This document shows, piece by piece, positions 39,201-48,913 of a DNA stretch of 64,000 nt. The notes under the pieces are model-generated. The model was not told the origin of the DNA. It did not search any database and saw only the letters and a program-made list of their open reading frames with translations. The stretch is from an uncultured delta proteobacterium (lineage in GTDB: Bacteria > Myxococcota_A > Polyangia > Fen-1088). The position numbers and the translations under genes were made by a program. Positions within the stretch are counted from its first letter, which is position 1, and every line of letters starts with the position of its first letter. The stretch spans positions 283,001 to 347,000 of the forward strand of contig CAVWIP010000001.1 of assembly GCA_963755125.1 (NCBI GenBank), written 5' to 3'.

Positions 39201-39346
39201 CGGACTTTCGCCATGGCCTCGGGTTCGCGCCCTTTGTCTTCAAGTTGCCCATCGGCGATCTGAGCCTGGCCTTTGCCATCCCGCTCAACCCGAAGCCCGG
39301 CGACAGCTCATGGCGATTCCACCTGAACGTGGGATTGATGTTCTGA
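36272..39346 (+). CDS. Omp85-family outer-membrane protein (BamA/TamA-like) with POTRA domains
   Basis: POTRA motifs (FEGN, GY..A), YEHRNLFGHG, ERFFAGGDTTVRGY, C-terminal FHLNVGLMF. Confidence 0.93.
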   Translation: MLKPLLRQTTHAALFAVLLATSLATVARAQNAPSPPPDVRATTSAPPIVSVSIEGSTDPAGRIESLVATIAPLGAPLVESGDADRVGTPIGTVPRLKNLLKAMGYQAEIAVQTDAGGVRLQIRLRAFDRVRQIFVSGNQPIVRPGVRQEEILRQLSLRNGQALPPAGERRDTFLDAEAVRVRDYLHAQGFQDAEVHIVEHSTNKVPARVNLDVRVKLGPGYPLGKISVTGSRAISVGDIADSFRHVDLHFWRWPWLRHELFRRNVLRIDETALARRYSKLGYPGARITDDFDPNSSVDHSAKEVHLGIQVKERRRIELAFEGNHSRSAGALTGDVAALSHGVYDDVDAAEAAESLEKAYRERGHMLVKVTWRRERIDEEADRIVFTIDEGPVLKVRGVEFAGNHQVSSSTLVEEIRTKEFPFLGAIGLGEGGFATPRQIELDVQSLVDYYESIGRPGSKVRAEIAPAPDQWRPAPTGPKAVIPRDEEPLWRQANALFVRFLIEEAPLVWVADMRFVSTDPATPLPRDDIFLRKSLRTVAGAPYQQKVVRRDEERLKRLMGDEGYRNASVEAHIEREGDHVTIVWTIKLGSQVHVGPLFLRGNFLTTEDTIMTWAEIRPGSLLTTRAVERAQRNLAMIQLFNNPNPVSFPSESPEQPVVPMVIEVEERHDHFGIVTVGGGISTDQKSPTSSFPVGGYAALGYEHRNLFGHGWTFTSQGAYGLSLTRVSASFVDPRFFGSLFRLEIGANYLRQATVRLGDLRSGATFIGFAREMFPGVDANVRYNFRDTFHTEFLARGAGADEDESTVSIGTIVGSFSTGIEWQRLDNTLVPTRGFKVGVGAELALPRFSFDLGSDSFVKLSGHSFAVVPLLPWLSLRHSLRYDQGFPLAGASLLPRVERFFAGGDTTVRGYDLDRLLTETVYIPIAPGVFAVQYQPVGGNLRIVQNIDLQFPILRPWYGSVFLDSGVVAFSFDGLSASDFRHGLGFAPFVFKLPIGDLSLAFAIPLNPKPGDSSWRFHLNVGLMF

Positions 39347-39409
39347 GCGAGGTGCTCGCGTGATGGGAGCACAAGACCGGACGGGAACGTCGGCTATACT
39401 GACCGCGAT

Positions 39410-42400
39410 GTGCCTGGACCCCCTGTCTTGCCTGCTGAAGCCGATGTGCGGGAGTCGCTCGTAGTGTCCCGCGCGATTGCGCCCACGCGCGTGGGACTGC
39501 TGTTGTTCGCGTCGGGGCTTTCCGCCCTGGTGTATCAGGTGGCATGGCTACGAGAGTTCCGTCTGGTGTTCGGCGCCAGCACTGCGGCGACCGCGGCGGT
39601 GCTGGCCGTGTTCATCGGGGGACTTGGGGCAGGAGGGTTGCTGCTCGGTCCCCGCGCCGATCGCTCGTCCCGACCACTCGCCCTCTACGGTGCGCTGGAA
39701 CTGGGCGCCGCTCTGCTTGCGGCTCTGTCTCCCGTGTTGCTGTGGCTGGTGCGCACGGTGTACGTGGAGATCGGCGGCAGCGCCCGCTTGGGACTCCTGG
39801 CTGGCACCGCGCTTCGCATCGTGCTGGGTGCTTTCGTTCTCGGTGGCCCCACCTTGCTCATGGGCGGCGCCATGCCGGCCGCCGTCGCCGCCGTGGAGGT
39901 GGACGAGGACGTGGGACGCCGACGGCTGGCCGTGCTCTATGGGCTGAACACGCTCGGCGCGGTCGTCGGCTGCTTGCTCGCGAATTTCATTCTGCTCGAG
40001 GCCTTCGGCACACGGAGGACGTTGTGGAGCGCAACCGTGCTCGGAGCCTGCGTGGCGCTTGCCGCCCTGGCCTGGTCGCGCAGACTCCCGGCCGTCCGCA
40101 GCGAGCGCCCGGCTGAGGCAAGCACGAACGCGCCCACCGGTGCAGCGCCGGGATTCGTACTGCTCGCTGCTGGCGTAGTGGGTTTCGCATTCTTCCTCAT
40201 GGAGTTGGTGTGGTACCGCATGCTGGGGCCACTCCTCGGGGGAACCGTGTTCGGTTTTGGAATCATCCTGGCGTTGGCTTTGCTTGGCATTGGCCTCGGC
40301 AGTTCCTTCCACGGGTTGCTTGCGTCCCGCCGCCGTTCGCCGGCGACCTTGCTGGATTTCGCCGGCATTTGCCTGGCCGAGGCTGCTGCCATCGCGCTTC
40401 CCTTCGCCCTGGGCGATGGGGTGGCTTTGCTCACGCTCTTCCTGCTCCCGCTCGGCGGTGCTTTCGGTTTTTCGGGTCATGCCGTGGTTTGGGTGGTGGT
40501 GGCTGGCCTGGTGGTCTTGCCCGCGGCCATCGCCTCGGGCATTCAATTTCCCGTGCTGATTGCGCTGCTCGGACGTGGCCGCGCTGGGGTGGGACGCCAG
40601 ACCGGGATGGTCTATGCCGCGAACACCCTGGGAGCGATTGCCGGATCCTTGGCGGGTGGGTTCGGCCTCATGCCGGTGTTGACTGCGCCTGGTTGTTGGC
40701 AACTCGTCGCGGTCATGCTCGCGCTCTTAGGCCTGCTTGCTTGTCTGCTCGGTTTTCGACGAACCGAACGTGGCGCAACCTTGCCAAGGACGTTGCCCTG
40801 GCTCATCGCAACCGCCGCCATCGCGGTCGTGCTTTCCGCGCGAGGTCCGACCGCGGTTTGGCGACACAGCCCCATTGCGGTGGGCCGCGTCGACGCTGGT
40901 TCGCTGGCCAATCCGACCGCGCGGCGAGACTGGGAAAACGGAGTACGTCGCTCGATAGCCCGCGACGAGGAGGGCGTGGAGAGCAGTGTAGCCCTCGAAG
41001 CTGCGACCGGCTACGCCTTCGTTCTCAACGGCAAGACCGACGGCCACGCGCGCATGGACGCCGGGACGCAGGTCATGGGGGGACTGTTCGGGGCGTTTCT
41101 GCACGGGCATCCCCGACGCGCATTTGTCATCGGCCTGGGCACGGGCAGCACCTCCGGCTGGCTGGCTGCCATCCCCTCCATCGAGCGCGTGGACACGGTT
41201 GAACTCGAACCGGCCATCTTGCAGATCGCACGCGACTGTGCCGCCGTCAACCACGACGCCATGGCGAATCCCAAACACCGGGTGATGATCGGCGACGCGC
41301 GCGAAACCTTGCTCGCCAAGGGCGAGGCCTACGACATCATCGCCTCGGAACCGTCGAATCCCTACCGTGCGGGAATCGCCAGTTTGTTTACGCGTGAATA
41401 CTATCGAGCGGTCGAGCGGCGCCTGGAGAAGGGCGGCATCTTCTTGCAGTGGGTGCAGGCCTACGCCATCGACGGACAAACCCTGCGCACCATCATGGCC
41501 ACCCTGGCCCAGGTCTTTCCCTACGTTGAAACATGGTTCATGGCTCCGTCTGATCTGCTCCTGGTCTCCGCCCGTGAGCCGCTGGTCTACGACGTGGGCG
41601 TCTTGCGGGCCCGCGCGGCCCAGGAGCCCTTCCGCAGCGCCTTGCTCTCGGCATGGAGCACAACCAGCCTGGAAGGCGTGCTTGCCCACCACGTGGCACG
41701 GCCGTCCTTGGTGCGCCGTATTGCCGAACTAGAGGGCGCTCGCATCAACACCGACGACCGCGCTTTCGTCGAGTTCGGCTTTGCACGTGCACTCACTGGA
41801 ACACGCGCCATTCACGTACGGGATGTGGCAGCCCTGGCGCGCGCACGCGACGAACATCGCCCCCTGCTCACCGCTGGCGAGGTGGACGCTGCCCGAGTTG
41901 CCGACGAGAGAGTGGCCTTCGATGTGTCGCTGGGATTGACTCCCTCGATCCCTGCCGAGAGTACCCGCGATCAGCGCGCGCGCTACCAGGCGCTGAGCGA
42001 GTGGCTCGGCAGCCGGTATGCCGACGCTTTGGCCAGTTGGCACCGTCAGACGTCGGACCCACAAAATCCCGTCGAGATGATGGTAGTGGGCGATGGCCTT
42101 GCGGAGACCGCCGATCCCGACGCCCTGTCCGTGGCTGAGAGGCTGCGCCCGCTCTGGCCTGCCGTCGCCAACGGGATCGCGGCGCGGTACTTCTATCGCC
42201 AGGGCAATCTCGAGGAGGCGAATCGCTTCTTCGAGGCCAGCTTCCTCGCGTACCGCACCGATCCCTGGCCGCCTCCCAACTTCATGCTGCGAACCCTCAA
42301 CCTGGCCGGCGAAGCTGCTCGGCGAAGCCCGGCGGCTACCCGTCGTCTGTTTAACCTGCTCTCTGTCCCCTTTGCCGTGCACATGATGGACGAGTCACGA

Positions 42401-42640
42401 GCCCTTGCCCTGGTTTCTCTGGCCGAGGTGCTGCCGCCTGGGCCGGAGTGTGCGCAGGCCTTGTCCCTCTTTGAACCCGATGTGCCCTGGCAGGCGGACT
42501 TTCTCTCCTTTCGCCTGGCTTGCTACCGGGCACTGGGCATGGGCCTGGTGGTGGACGCCCGGAAAGACCTGCATCGCTTCACGAGAGATAACCCGGCTCA
42601 ATTCCCTCCTCTTCTGACCGAAGGGCGCGTTCAGAGGTGA
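39410..42640 (+). CDS. Fused MFS-like membrane domain / spermidine-synthase-like SAM-dependent protein
   Basis: SGLSALVYQVAWLR, LYGLNTLGA, IGLGTGST, VELEPAI, DARE, SEPSNPY..G..LFTREYY. The start may be ~39464. Confidence 0.92.
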   Translation: MPGPPVLPAEADVRESLVVSRAIAPTRVGLLLFASGLSALVYQVAWLREFRLVFGASTAATAAVLAVFIGGLGAGGLLLGPRADRSSRPLALYGALELGAALLAALSPVLLWLVRTVYVEIGGSARLGLLAGTALRIVLGAFVLGGPTLLMGGAMPAAVAAVEVDEDVGRRRLAVLYGLNTLGAVVGCLLANFILLEAFGTRRTLWSATVLGACVALAALAWSRRLPAVRSERPAEASTNAPTGAAPGFVLLAAGVVGFAFFLMELVWYRMLGPLLGGTVFGFGIILALALLGIGLGSSFHGLLASRRRSPATLLDFAGICLAEAAAIALPFALGDGVALLTLFLLPLGGAFGFSGHAVVWVVVAGLVVLPAAIASGIQFPVLIALLGRGRAGVGRQTGMVYAANTLGAIAGSLAGGFGLMPVLTAPGCWQLVAVMLALLGLLACLLGFRRTERGATLPRTLPWLIATAAIAVVLSARGPTAVWRHSPIAVGRVDAGSLANPTARRDWENGVRRSIARDEEGVESSVALEAATGYAFVLNGKTDGHARMDAGTQVMGGLFGAFLHGHPRRAFVIGLGTGSTSGWLAAIPSIERVDTVELEPAILQIARDCAAVNHDAMANPKHRVMIGDARETLLAKGEAYDIIASEPSNPYRAGIASLFTREYYRAVERRLEKGGIFLQWVQAYAIDGQTLRTIMATLAQVFPYVETWFMAPSDLLLVSAREPLVYDVGVLRARAAQEPFRSALLSAWSTTSLEGVLAHHVARPSLVRRIAELEGARINTDDRAFVEFGFARALTGTRAIHVRDVAALARARDEHRPLLTAGEVDAARVADERVAFDVSLGLTPSIPAESTRDQRARYQALSEWLGSRYADALASWHRQTSDPQNPVEMMVVGDGLAETADPDALSVAERLRPLWPAVANGIAARYFYRQGNLEEANRFFEASFLAYRTDPWPPPNFMLRTLNLAGEAARRSPAATRRLFNLLSVPFAVHMMDESRALALVSLAEVLPPGPECAQALSLFEPDVPWQADFLSFRLACYRALGMGLVVDARKDLHRFTRDNPAQFPPLLTEGRVQR

Positions 42641-42691
42641 GCAACTGACACGCATGAGCCCGGCGAGACTTCATCTCCCAGGCAAGGGTCG

Positions 42692-43657
42692 CTATCGCTG
42701 TGCCACGTAGGCAATCACACCGTGCTTCTTCTCGAAGGCCAACTTGCCGGCTATGGCGTCTTTGGCCGTGGCGAAGTCGCCCGCGCGCACGCGATACCAG
42801 GTGCCCTTGCCCGGGATCTCCGAAACCACCAGATAGGTCTTCTCGGAGCCGAACTTCGCGGCAAACGCCTCTGCTTCGCTGCGGTCCTGGAATGAGCTTA
42901 GCTGCAAGGTGAAGTGCGCCCTGCCCTTGGCCGAATCGGTGGCCGCGGCGCCGATCACGGGGACGGGCGCATTCTTCGGCAGCGCTGCTGCCGTCCCGGC
43001 GGTCTGCTGCGCGGCGGGAACCGAGGCAGCGACGGCCTTGCTCAACGCTGGCGAGGCGGACGCGGGCTTGGGTGCCGGAGCAGCCTTAGCCACGGACTCT
43101 TCGGTGCCGGGCGCAGACTTGGGCTCCGAAGCCTTCGTGGACTCGGCCGGCTTGCTGTCGAGCAACTTCGGCAACTTGCCGCTGGCCTTGGACGAAGCCT
43201 TGTCGGGCGCGGCCAGAGCCATCTGGGTTGGCTCGCTGTTCTTGGTGGTCGGCTTGCCAGCCTCGGCAACCTTGCTGGATTCACTCCTGTTCGCATCAGT
43301 CGTCTTGGACTCGAGTAATCTCAAATCGGTCTTCTTTGCGCCGTTCTGGGCATTCTTGCTGCCGAAGAGGGCCTGCGGGAAGGTCAGGGCTGGCGTCTGG
43401 GTGGGCCGTGGCGTGGTCGCGACCTTGTCGAGCAGGGCCAGCGGATCCTCCACCTCGGGCGCAACCGCGCGGCCGCGCGATTCCAGTCGCTTGCCCACCA
43501 CGACGCCCAGCACGAACAGCAGACAGGCAACCAGCGCGCTGCCAAAGAACAGAAAGAAGACCTGGCGGTTGTCGAGCCGGACTTCGATCTTGTCCCGCCA
43601 GCGTTCGACGTCGCGCAGGCCTCGTTGATCCATCGCTGCACCAGAAGTGTAACCCAT
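42692..43657 (-). CDS. SPOR-domain cell-division protein (FtsN/DedD-like)
   Basis: N-terminal TM helix, low-complexity linker, FTLQLSSF...WYRVRAGDF; classic position downstream of argS. Confidence 0.9.
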   Translation of the reverse strand: MGYTSGAAMDQRGLRDVERWRDKIEVRLDNRQVFFLFFGSALVACLLFVLGVVVGKRLESRGRAVAPEVEDPLALLDKVATTPRPTQTPALTFPQALFGSKNAQNGAKKTDLRLLESKTTDANRSESSKVAEAGKPTTKNSEPTQMALAAPDKASSKASGKLPKLLDSKPAESTKASEPKSAPGTEESVAKAAPAPKPASASPALSKAVAASVPAAQQTAGTAAALPKNAPVPVIGAAATDSAKGRAHFTLQLSSFQDRSEAEAFAAKFGSEKTYLVVSEIPGKGTWYRVRAGDFATAKDAIAGKLAFEKKHGVIAYVAQR

Positions 43658-43697
43658 GCTCTGCTCCTGCGAAAAAGGTGGACTTCGAGCCGAGGCG

Positions 43698-45491
43698 TTA
43701 CGACGCCTCCTCGCCCTCCTCGCCTATGCGTTTCATGACGGCCGGCGCCGAGACCCCGACCAAGCCCAGAGCGGTCTCGATCACCTGCCGGATGGCCTCG
43801 ACCCAGTGCAGGCGCGCTGCGGTCTTCTGCCAGTCCCAGGTTGCACGCCAGTCGCCCACGCGCTGGCGCTCCTGAGGCAGAACCGAGTCGCCGTGCACCT
43901 TCTGCAGCCGCGTGTAATAGCTCTGGAAATCGCCCGCCAGATCCGCGATGAAGGACACCAATCGGTGCGGCTCGCGCGCCGCCGCGGCGTCCTCGACGAA
44001 ATCAGGGAAATCGGACAGCCGGCGCAGCAGCGCAATTTCTTCCGGCAGGCTCAGCCGCGCGAACAACTCGGCCGTGGGCGGCATGCGCGGGGCTTCCAGT
44101 TCAGCCGCGCGCCGCAACAGCGAGGCGCACCGGGCATGGGCGTACTGGGCGTAGTACACGGGATTATCCATCGACTGGCGCTTGGCCAACTCAAGGTCGA
44201 ACTCAAGCGGCGTGTCGTGTCGCCGCATCAGATAGAAGAATCGCGTGGCATCGCGGCCGATCTCGTCGATCACCTCGTCGAGAGTGACGAACTCCCCTTC
44301 CCGCTTGCCCATGGCGACCGGCTTGCCGTCGCGCAGAAGGCTCACCATCTGAATGAGCAGAACCGATAGGCGGTTCGGGTCGTGCCCGAGCGCTTTCAAG
44401 GCGGCCTGCATGCGCGGCACATGGCCGTGGTGGTCGGCACCCCATATGTCGCACAGCTCGTCGAAGCCGCGTTCGATCTTCTTGCGGTGGTACGCGATGT
44501 CCGCCAGCAGGTAGGTGGGCAAGCCGTCTGACTTGACCACCACTCGGTCCTTGTCGTCGCCCCACAGCACCGTGGTCTTCAACCACACAGCGTTGTCGCG
44601 CCGATCGATGAAGCCGGCACGATCGAGCGCAGCCAGGGTGTCCGACACTTCGCCGCTGTCGTGCAGGGCTCGCTCGCTCTGCCACACGTCGAAGCTCACG
44701 TCGAACTTGCCCAGGGTTCTGCGAATCATGTCCAGGCAGCGACCGATGGCGAACTGCTTAATGGGCTCCATGTCTGTCGGTGGATCCGCACCGACGAAGC
44801 GCCCCGCCTCGCGTTCCAGCAACTCGCGTCCCATATCCCGGACGTAGTCGCCGCGGTAGCCGTTCTCGGGAAACGCCACCTCGGGCACGATCACGCCGGT
44901 CCAGTCTTCACCCTTTGCCTCCTCCATGTAGCGGGCCCACACCGAGAGCGCCAGCATGGCGACCTGATTGCCGGCGTCGTTGATGTAGTATTCGCGCAAG
45001 ATATCGTAGCCCGCGAAGCGCAGCAGCCGCGTGAGCGAATCGCCGACCGCCGCGTGCCGGCCGTGAGCAAAATGCAGCGGTCCGGTCGGGTTGGTAGAGA
45101 GGTATTCGACCAGCACGCGCGGCGACGGCTTTGCCTCTCCCTGTCCCCAGCGGCCGCCTGCCGCGAGAATCTCGAGGAGGCGTCGCTGCCAGAACGCATC
45201 GGACAGGCGCAGGTTGATGAAACCAGGGCCTGCCACCGATACCTCCGAGATGTCAGCGCCGCCCTCTGCCAGCAGGTACTTGACGACTATCTCAGCCAGT
45301 GCGCGTGGTTGTTTTCCAGCGTCCTTTGCCAGAGCCAAGGCAACATTGGTTGCGTAGTCGCCATGCTCAGGGCGCTTGGGCCGCTCGACAGGAATGCTAT
45401 CGGGAGCGGTCGGCAGAACGCCCTCGCGCTCAGCCCGATCCACGGCGGTCTGGAAAAGGGCGCGAACCGTGCTTCGAACACTGGAGGTCAT
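43698..45491 (-). CDS. argS: Arginine--tRNA ligase
   Basis: HGDYATN, AGPGFIN, NPTGPLHFAHGR, EYYINDAGNQ, WGADHHG, NPVYYAQYAHAR. Confidence 0.97.
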   Translation of the reverse strand: MTSSVRSTVRALFQTAVDRAEREGVLPTAPDSIPVERPKRPEHGDYATNVALALAKDAGKQPRALAEIVVKYLLAEGGADISEVSVAGPGFINLRLSDAFWQRRLLEILAAGGRWGQGEAKPSPRVLVEYLSTNPTGPLHFAHGRHAAVGDSLTRLLRFAGYDILREYYINDAGNQVAMLALSVWARYMEEAKGEDWTGVIVPEVAFPENGYRGDYVRDMGRELLEREAGRFVGADPPTDMEPIKQFAIGRCLDMIRRTLGKFDVSFDVWQSERALHDSGEVSDTLAALDRAGFIDRRDNAVWLKTTVLWGDDKDRVVVKSDGLPTYLLADIAYHRKKIERGFDELCDIWGADHHGHVPRMQAALKALGHDPNRLSVLLIQMVSLLRDGKPVAMGKREGEFVTLDEVIDEIGRDATRFFYLMRRHDTPLEFDLELAKRQSMDNPVYYAQYAHARCASLLRRAAELEAPRMPPTAELFARLSLPEEIALLRRLSDFPDFVEDAAAAREPHRLVSFIADLAGDFQSYYTRLQKVHGDSVLPQERQRVGDWRATWDWQKTAARLHWVEAIRQVIETALGLVGVSAPAVMKRIGEEGEEAS

Positions 45492-45565
45492 TTACCTACA
45501 CTGTAGGCCCAAGTCTTACCACCTGTCAATTTCAGCAAGCGTCCCGGGAATCGCGCCCTTTGGTG

Positions 45566-48500
45566 CTACTGAATCTGGAAGGGCGTGGTGCCGCTCGAGG
45601 CCGGGTCGAAGGTGGTTATGGCGTTATCGCCCTTGCGGGCGTTGATGCGCACGATCTGACCGCGGCTGTTCGGGGTAAGCGCGGTACGCCCCTGGTCCAG
45701 CACGTAGACATAGGGATATGAAAGTTGACTGGTGGAGTCGGTCATCAAGGGACTGTCTGGCACCATGGTCGGTCCGGTGAAGATGCGAATTGGTTGGGTC
45801 AACGCGATCTCGTACGAGGGGACCGCGACGGTCATCGGGATGAATCCGCCGATGAGGCTCAGTGTCGTCGTGAGGCTGTCGCCGCCGTACTGATCGAGAT
45901 TGGTGAGGATGAAACGCAATTGCGGATTCTGGAAGATGGCCTTGACTGGCTTCTTCGCCACAGTGCTACCAGCCCCGGCGTCGGCAGGTCCGGCGCTGGG
46001 TGAAGATGCGGCGGATGCGTGCTCATCGTAGTTGAAGTCTTGGTACAAGCACGGATTCGGTCCAGGCGACGCGACGGGTGAGTAGGGAGGGTTGGGCGTG
46101 GCTCCTGTCCCATCAGGAAGCGGCGGGGTCGCCTGGCCGAACAAAGCCACTTCCGTGTTGGTCTTGTCGGTGGAGGCCTTCGTCGCGTTGTTGATGGGCA
46201 CCACGCCGTCGATCGTCGCGCACGCGGGCGCTGACAGCGCGATCCGGTTGGCCAGCGCTGGATCGCGGTTGGGATCGAGTTGACACTGGCCATTGACGAC
46301 CGTCGTGGTCGTGAGATCCGGCAGCGAGCTTCCCTCGATCAGAAAGCTCGTACCGACGTTGACGTGGTATCGATTGCTGGGCTGGGGCCAGCAGGTAAGA
46401 TCGAGGGGCGGCGCCTCGACGCAGTACTTTCCCGGCCCTGGCTGCGCCGCTGCGGCGCCCAGCACAGGCCCAAGAGAGCCGGGAAGAGTCTCACACACGA
46501 AGCCAGGGCGGCAGTCCTGGTCGTCCGTCGCGCCAGTTGCTGTCGTCGAGTAGCCGCAGGCTTTCACACAACGCTTGAAGTTCTCGCCCGGCCACACCTG
46601 TTGCCACTGGAAGCCCGGATCGTTGCGCGACGGTTTATGGGCGGCGGTAGGCTGACATTCCGTATCGTCGCCGGTTTCCGTCGCAGCCACCCGATTGAAA
46701 GCCGTCTTGGGCACCTCGTCCAGGTGCAGCCCGAGCGTCAGGTGCGTCGGAGTCGCCGCAAGGACTTCGTAACGCCGCCGACTGCCCATGAAGCGCGCGC
46801 AGTTGTCGACCAAACTTTGCGTGGCGCCTATCAGCAGGCACAGACCGGTCGCGCCTCCGACCGGCTGACGGCACGAAAAACTATCCTGCGGGTTGCAGTC
46901 GGTGTCGGCCGTGCACCCTGGCAAGACAACCAGATCGCCTGTGAGCACGCCGTTGCCACAGAAGTCAGCGCCCACATCGTCCAGAGCACCGGCTGACGAC
47001 CCTGCCGTTGCGGGATCTTGGAGCGTGCCGGAGCTGCGCGCCAGGCCGGGGAGAGCGGCCTCCCAAGCGATGGTGAACGTGCGCGATACATAGGTCGTCT
47101 GGTACGGGAAGTTGGCCCAGTAGTTCGTGGTGGTGTTGTTCGAGTTCCCCTTCGCGGGCGGCGTGGTATCGTTTTCCACTTCCTCGAGTCGGGGGCCGTT
47201 TATCGAAGACAGAATGGGCGTGGTCGGGAACAAGAGGTCGGATGGCACGGGCGTTCGCAGCGGCGGCGTGGAGGCCAGGGCCAACGTGTCGGCGGTGTAT
47301 TGGCCGCTTGCGCGCACTTCGCGAAACGAGTGTGTCATGGTATCGGATTCGTCGATGATCACGGTTGACTTGGCATTGGCCAGAGTTTGCGGCGCGAGGT
47401 TGAGGATGTAGACAGAGTCATTCGAGGTGAGCAAGAACGCGAACTGGCCAAACAGCGTCGAGGGGTTCTTCACGATGGCCGCTGCGTTGGCCGGCGGCAA
47501 GTCCACGAACGCGATGTCGCGTGGAACGGGCGGCGCTGCGGTACGCGCCGGAAGCGCGGGAACGCGAATCCCGGGCCCCTGAGCCAGCGGTCGCCGGGTC
47601 GCCGGGTTCACGGGGAAGCACCCGGTGGTGGCCGGCATGTCGGGTGTGGGCTGGGCGTTCACGTCGCATTCCTGCTCGGGCTGCACGCCGACGTTCACCA
47701 CACGGACTGATCCGTCGCGCGCGAAGGCGTAGAGAAAGTGGCCCCTCCCCGTCTCGCCAGGCTGACAACTTGGGTCGCCTGGCATCCCGCACAAGAAACT
47801 GCCCTGGCTGTCGACCACGCTGCCGTCGGCCAGGGTGATGGGCGCGGGATTGAAGGGATTGACCGAGAGACGCAGGTGATCGATGCCAATGGCCCCCGGC
47901 TCGAGCGCGATGCGCCCACCGCCCGCCGGTACCACGAAGGCTCCGTCCACGATGTCCAACGCTGTGAGGAAATCGTCGGCCGCGCTAGCCCCGACGTAGA
48001 CACGACTGCTGTCGGGAAGCAGGGCCAAGGCGCCCACTCCGAGAGGCGATGGCGTCTGTGCGCCAGCCTCGCCCTGGTCGCCACCATCTGCGGAAGCAGG
48101 GGGCACCTCCCCATCATCGGACGCGATCCCTGCGTCCGAGACGGACAAAGGCCCGCAGTCCGCCGGACAGTTCGGCTCGTCGCCTGCGGGGACGACGCCC
48201 TCAGGACGGATGAAGACCGAGTCCTTGATTGTCGCTGTCGGCATGTCGAGCAATGCGACCAGATCGCAGGACGGAAAACTCACCAAGACGGACGGGGCCT
48301 GGTCGGCCTGGCACAGCCCGGGTGCAGTGCCAGGCAGCAGGAAGACGATTTCTTGCGGAGAGGCGTTGAGCGGACGCCCGGACTTGGTTTTCGGCGCCAC
48401 GCGGGTAACCGGACTGCCGATTCCGGTCGCAGGGTCAGCCGGACTGAACCGCAGTGACGCCAGCAGGCGCGACGGATCAACCAGCCCGATATCACAGGAA

Positions 48501-48913
48501 TCGTGGTTGGCGCTGGCGACCCAGCAGCCGTCAGAGCTGGCGGACAACGACCCGGGCATGGACCCGACCGGCACCATGTTGAAGCCGAACACACCTGGAT
48601 CGAGGTCGACAAGACTGCCCTTGTCGATATCCACCACAGCCATCTCGCCACGGGCGGTATTGGTCACCAGCGCGAATGTGCCCAGTTGCCGCGACGACTT
48701 GCCGGCCGGCTGGATCACAGGGGCTTTCTCGCCCGGCGGGTGGCAGATGCGCATGGGCTGACCCGACAGGGTTCCGGTGCCCGGATCGATCGCGAGACAC
48801 ACGAACCCCATGTCGCTGGGCCGCTCGAGGTCATGCGCTGGGTAAGCGGTTGGCGTACTGCACGCGCCAAGCAAACCACAGATCGCCATCGTGGGAACGG
48901 CTCGCGATCTCAT
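45566..48913 (-). CDS. Large Cys-rich lipoprotein with beta-propeller-like regions
   Basis: LLGAC lipobox, LERPSDMGFVC, ALVTNTARGEMAVVD, CTADTDC and DDQDCRPGFVC motifs. Confidence 0.75.
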   Translation of the reverse strand: MRSRAVPTMAICGLLGACSTPTAYPAHDLERPSDMGFVCLAIDPGTGTLSGQPMRICHPPGEKAPVIQPAGKSSRQLGTFALVTNTARGEMAVVDIDKGSLVDLDPGVFGFNMVPVGSMPGSLSASSDGCWVASANHDSCDIGLVDPSRLLASLRFSPADPATGIGSPVTRVAPKTKSGRPLNASPQEIVFLLPGTAPGLCQADQAPSVLVSFPSCDLVALLDMPTATIKDSVFIRPEGVVPAGDEPNCPADCGPLSVSDAGIASDDGEVPPASADGGDQGEAGAQTPSPLGVGALALLPDSSRVYVGASAADDFLTALDIVDGAFVVPAGGGRIALEPGAIGIDHLRLSVNPFNPAPITLADGSVVDSQGSFLCGMPGDPSCQPGETGRGHFLYAFARDGSVRVVNVGVQPEQECDVNAQPTPDMPATTGCFPVNPATRRPLAQGPGIRVPALPARTAAPPVPRDIAFVDLPPANAAAIVKNPSTLFGQFAFLLTSNDSVYILNLAPQTLANAKSTVIIDESDTMTHSFREVRASGQYTADTLALASTPPLRTPVPSDLLFPTTPILSSINGPRLEEVENDTTPPAKGNSNNTTTNYWANFPYQTTYVSRTFTIAWEAALPGLARSSGTLQDPATAGSSAGALDDVGADFCGNGVLTGDLVVLPGCTADTDCNPQDSFSCRQPVGGATGLCLLIGATQSLVDNCARFMGSRRRYEVLAATPTHLTLGLHLDEVPKTAFNRVAATETGDDTECQPTAAHKPSRNDPGFQWQQVWPGENFKRCVKACGYSTTATGATDDQDCRPGFVCETLPGSLGPVLGAAAAQPGPGKYCVEAPPLDLTCWPQPSNRYHVNVGTSFLIEGSSLPDLTTTTVVNGQCQLDPNRDPALANRIALSAPACATIDGVVPINNATKASTDKTNTEVALFGQATPPLPDGTGATPNPPYSPVASPGPNPCLYQDFNYDEHASAASSPSAGPADAGAGSTVAKKPVKAIFQNPQLRFILTNLDQYGGDSLTTTLSLIGGFIPMTVAVPSYEIALTQPIRIFTGPTMVPDSPLMTDSTSQLSYPYVYVLDQGRTALTPNSRGQIVRINARKGDNAITTFDPASSGTTPFQIQ

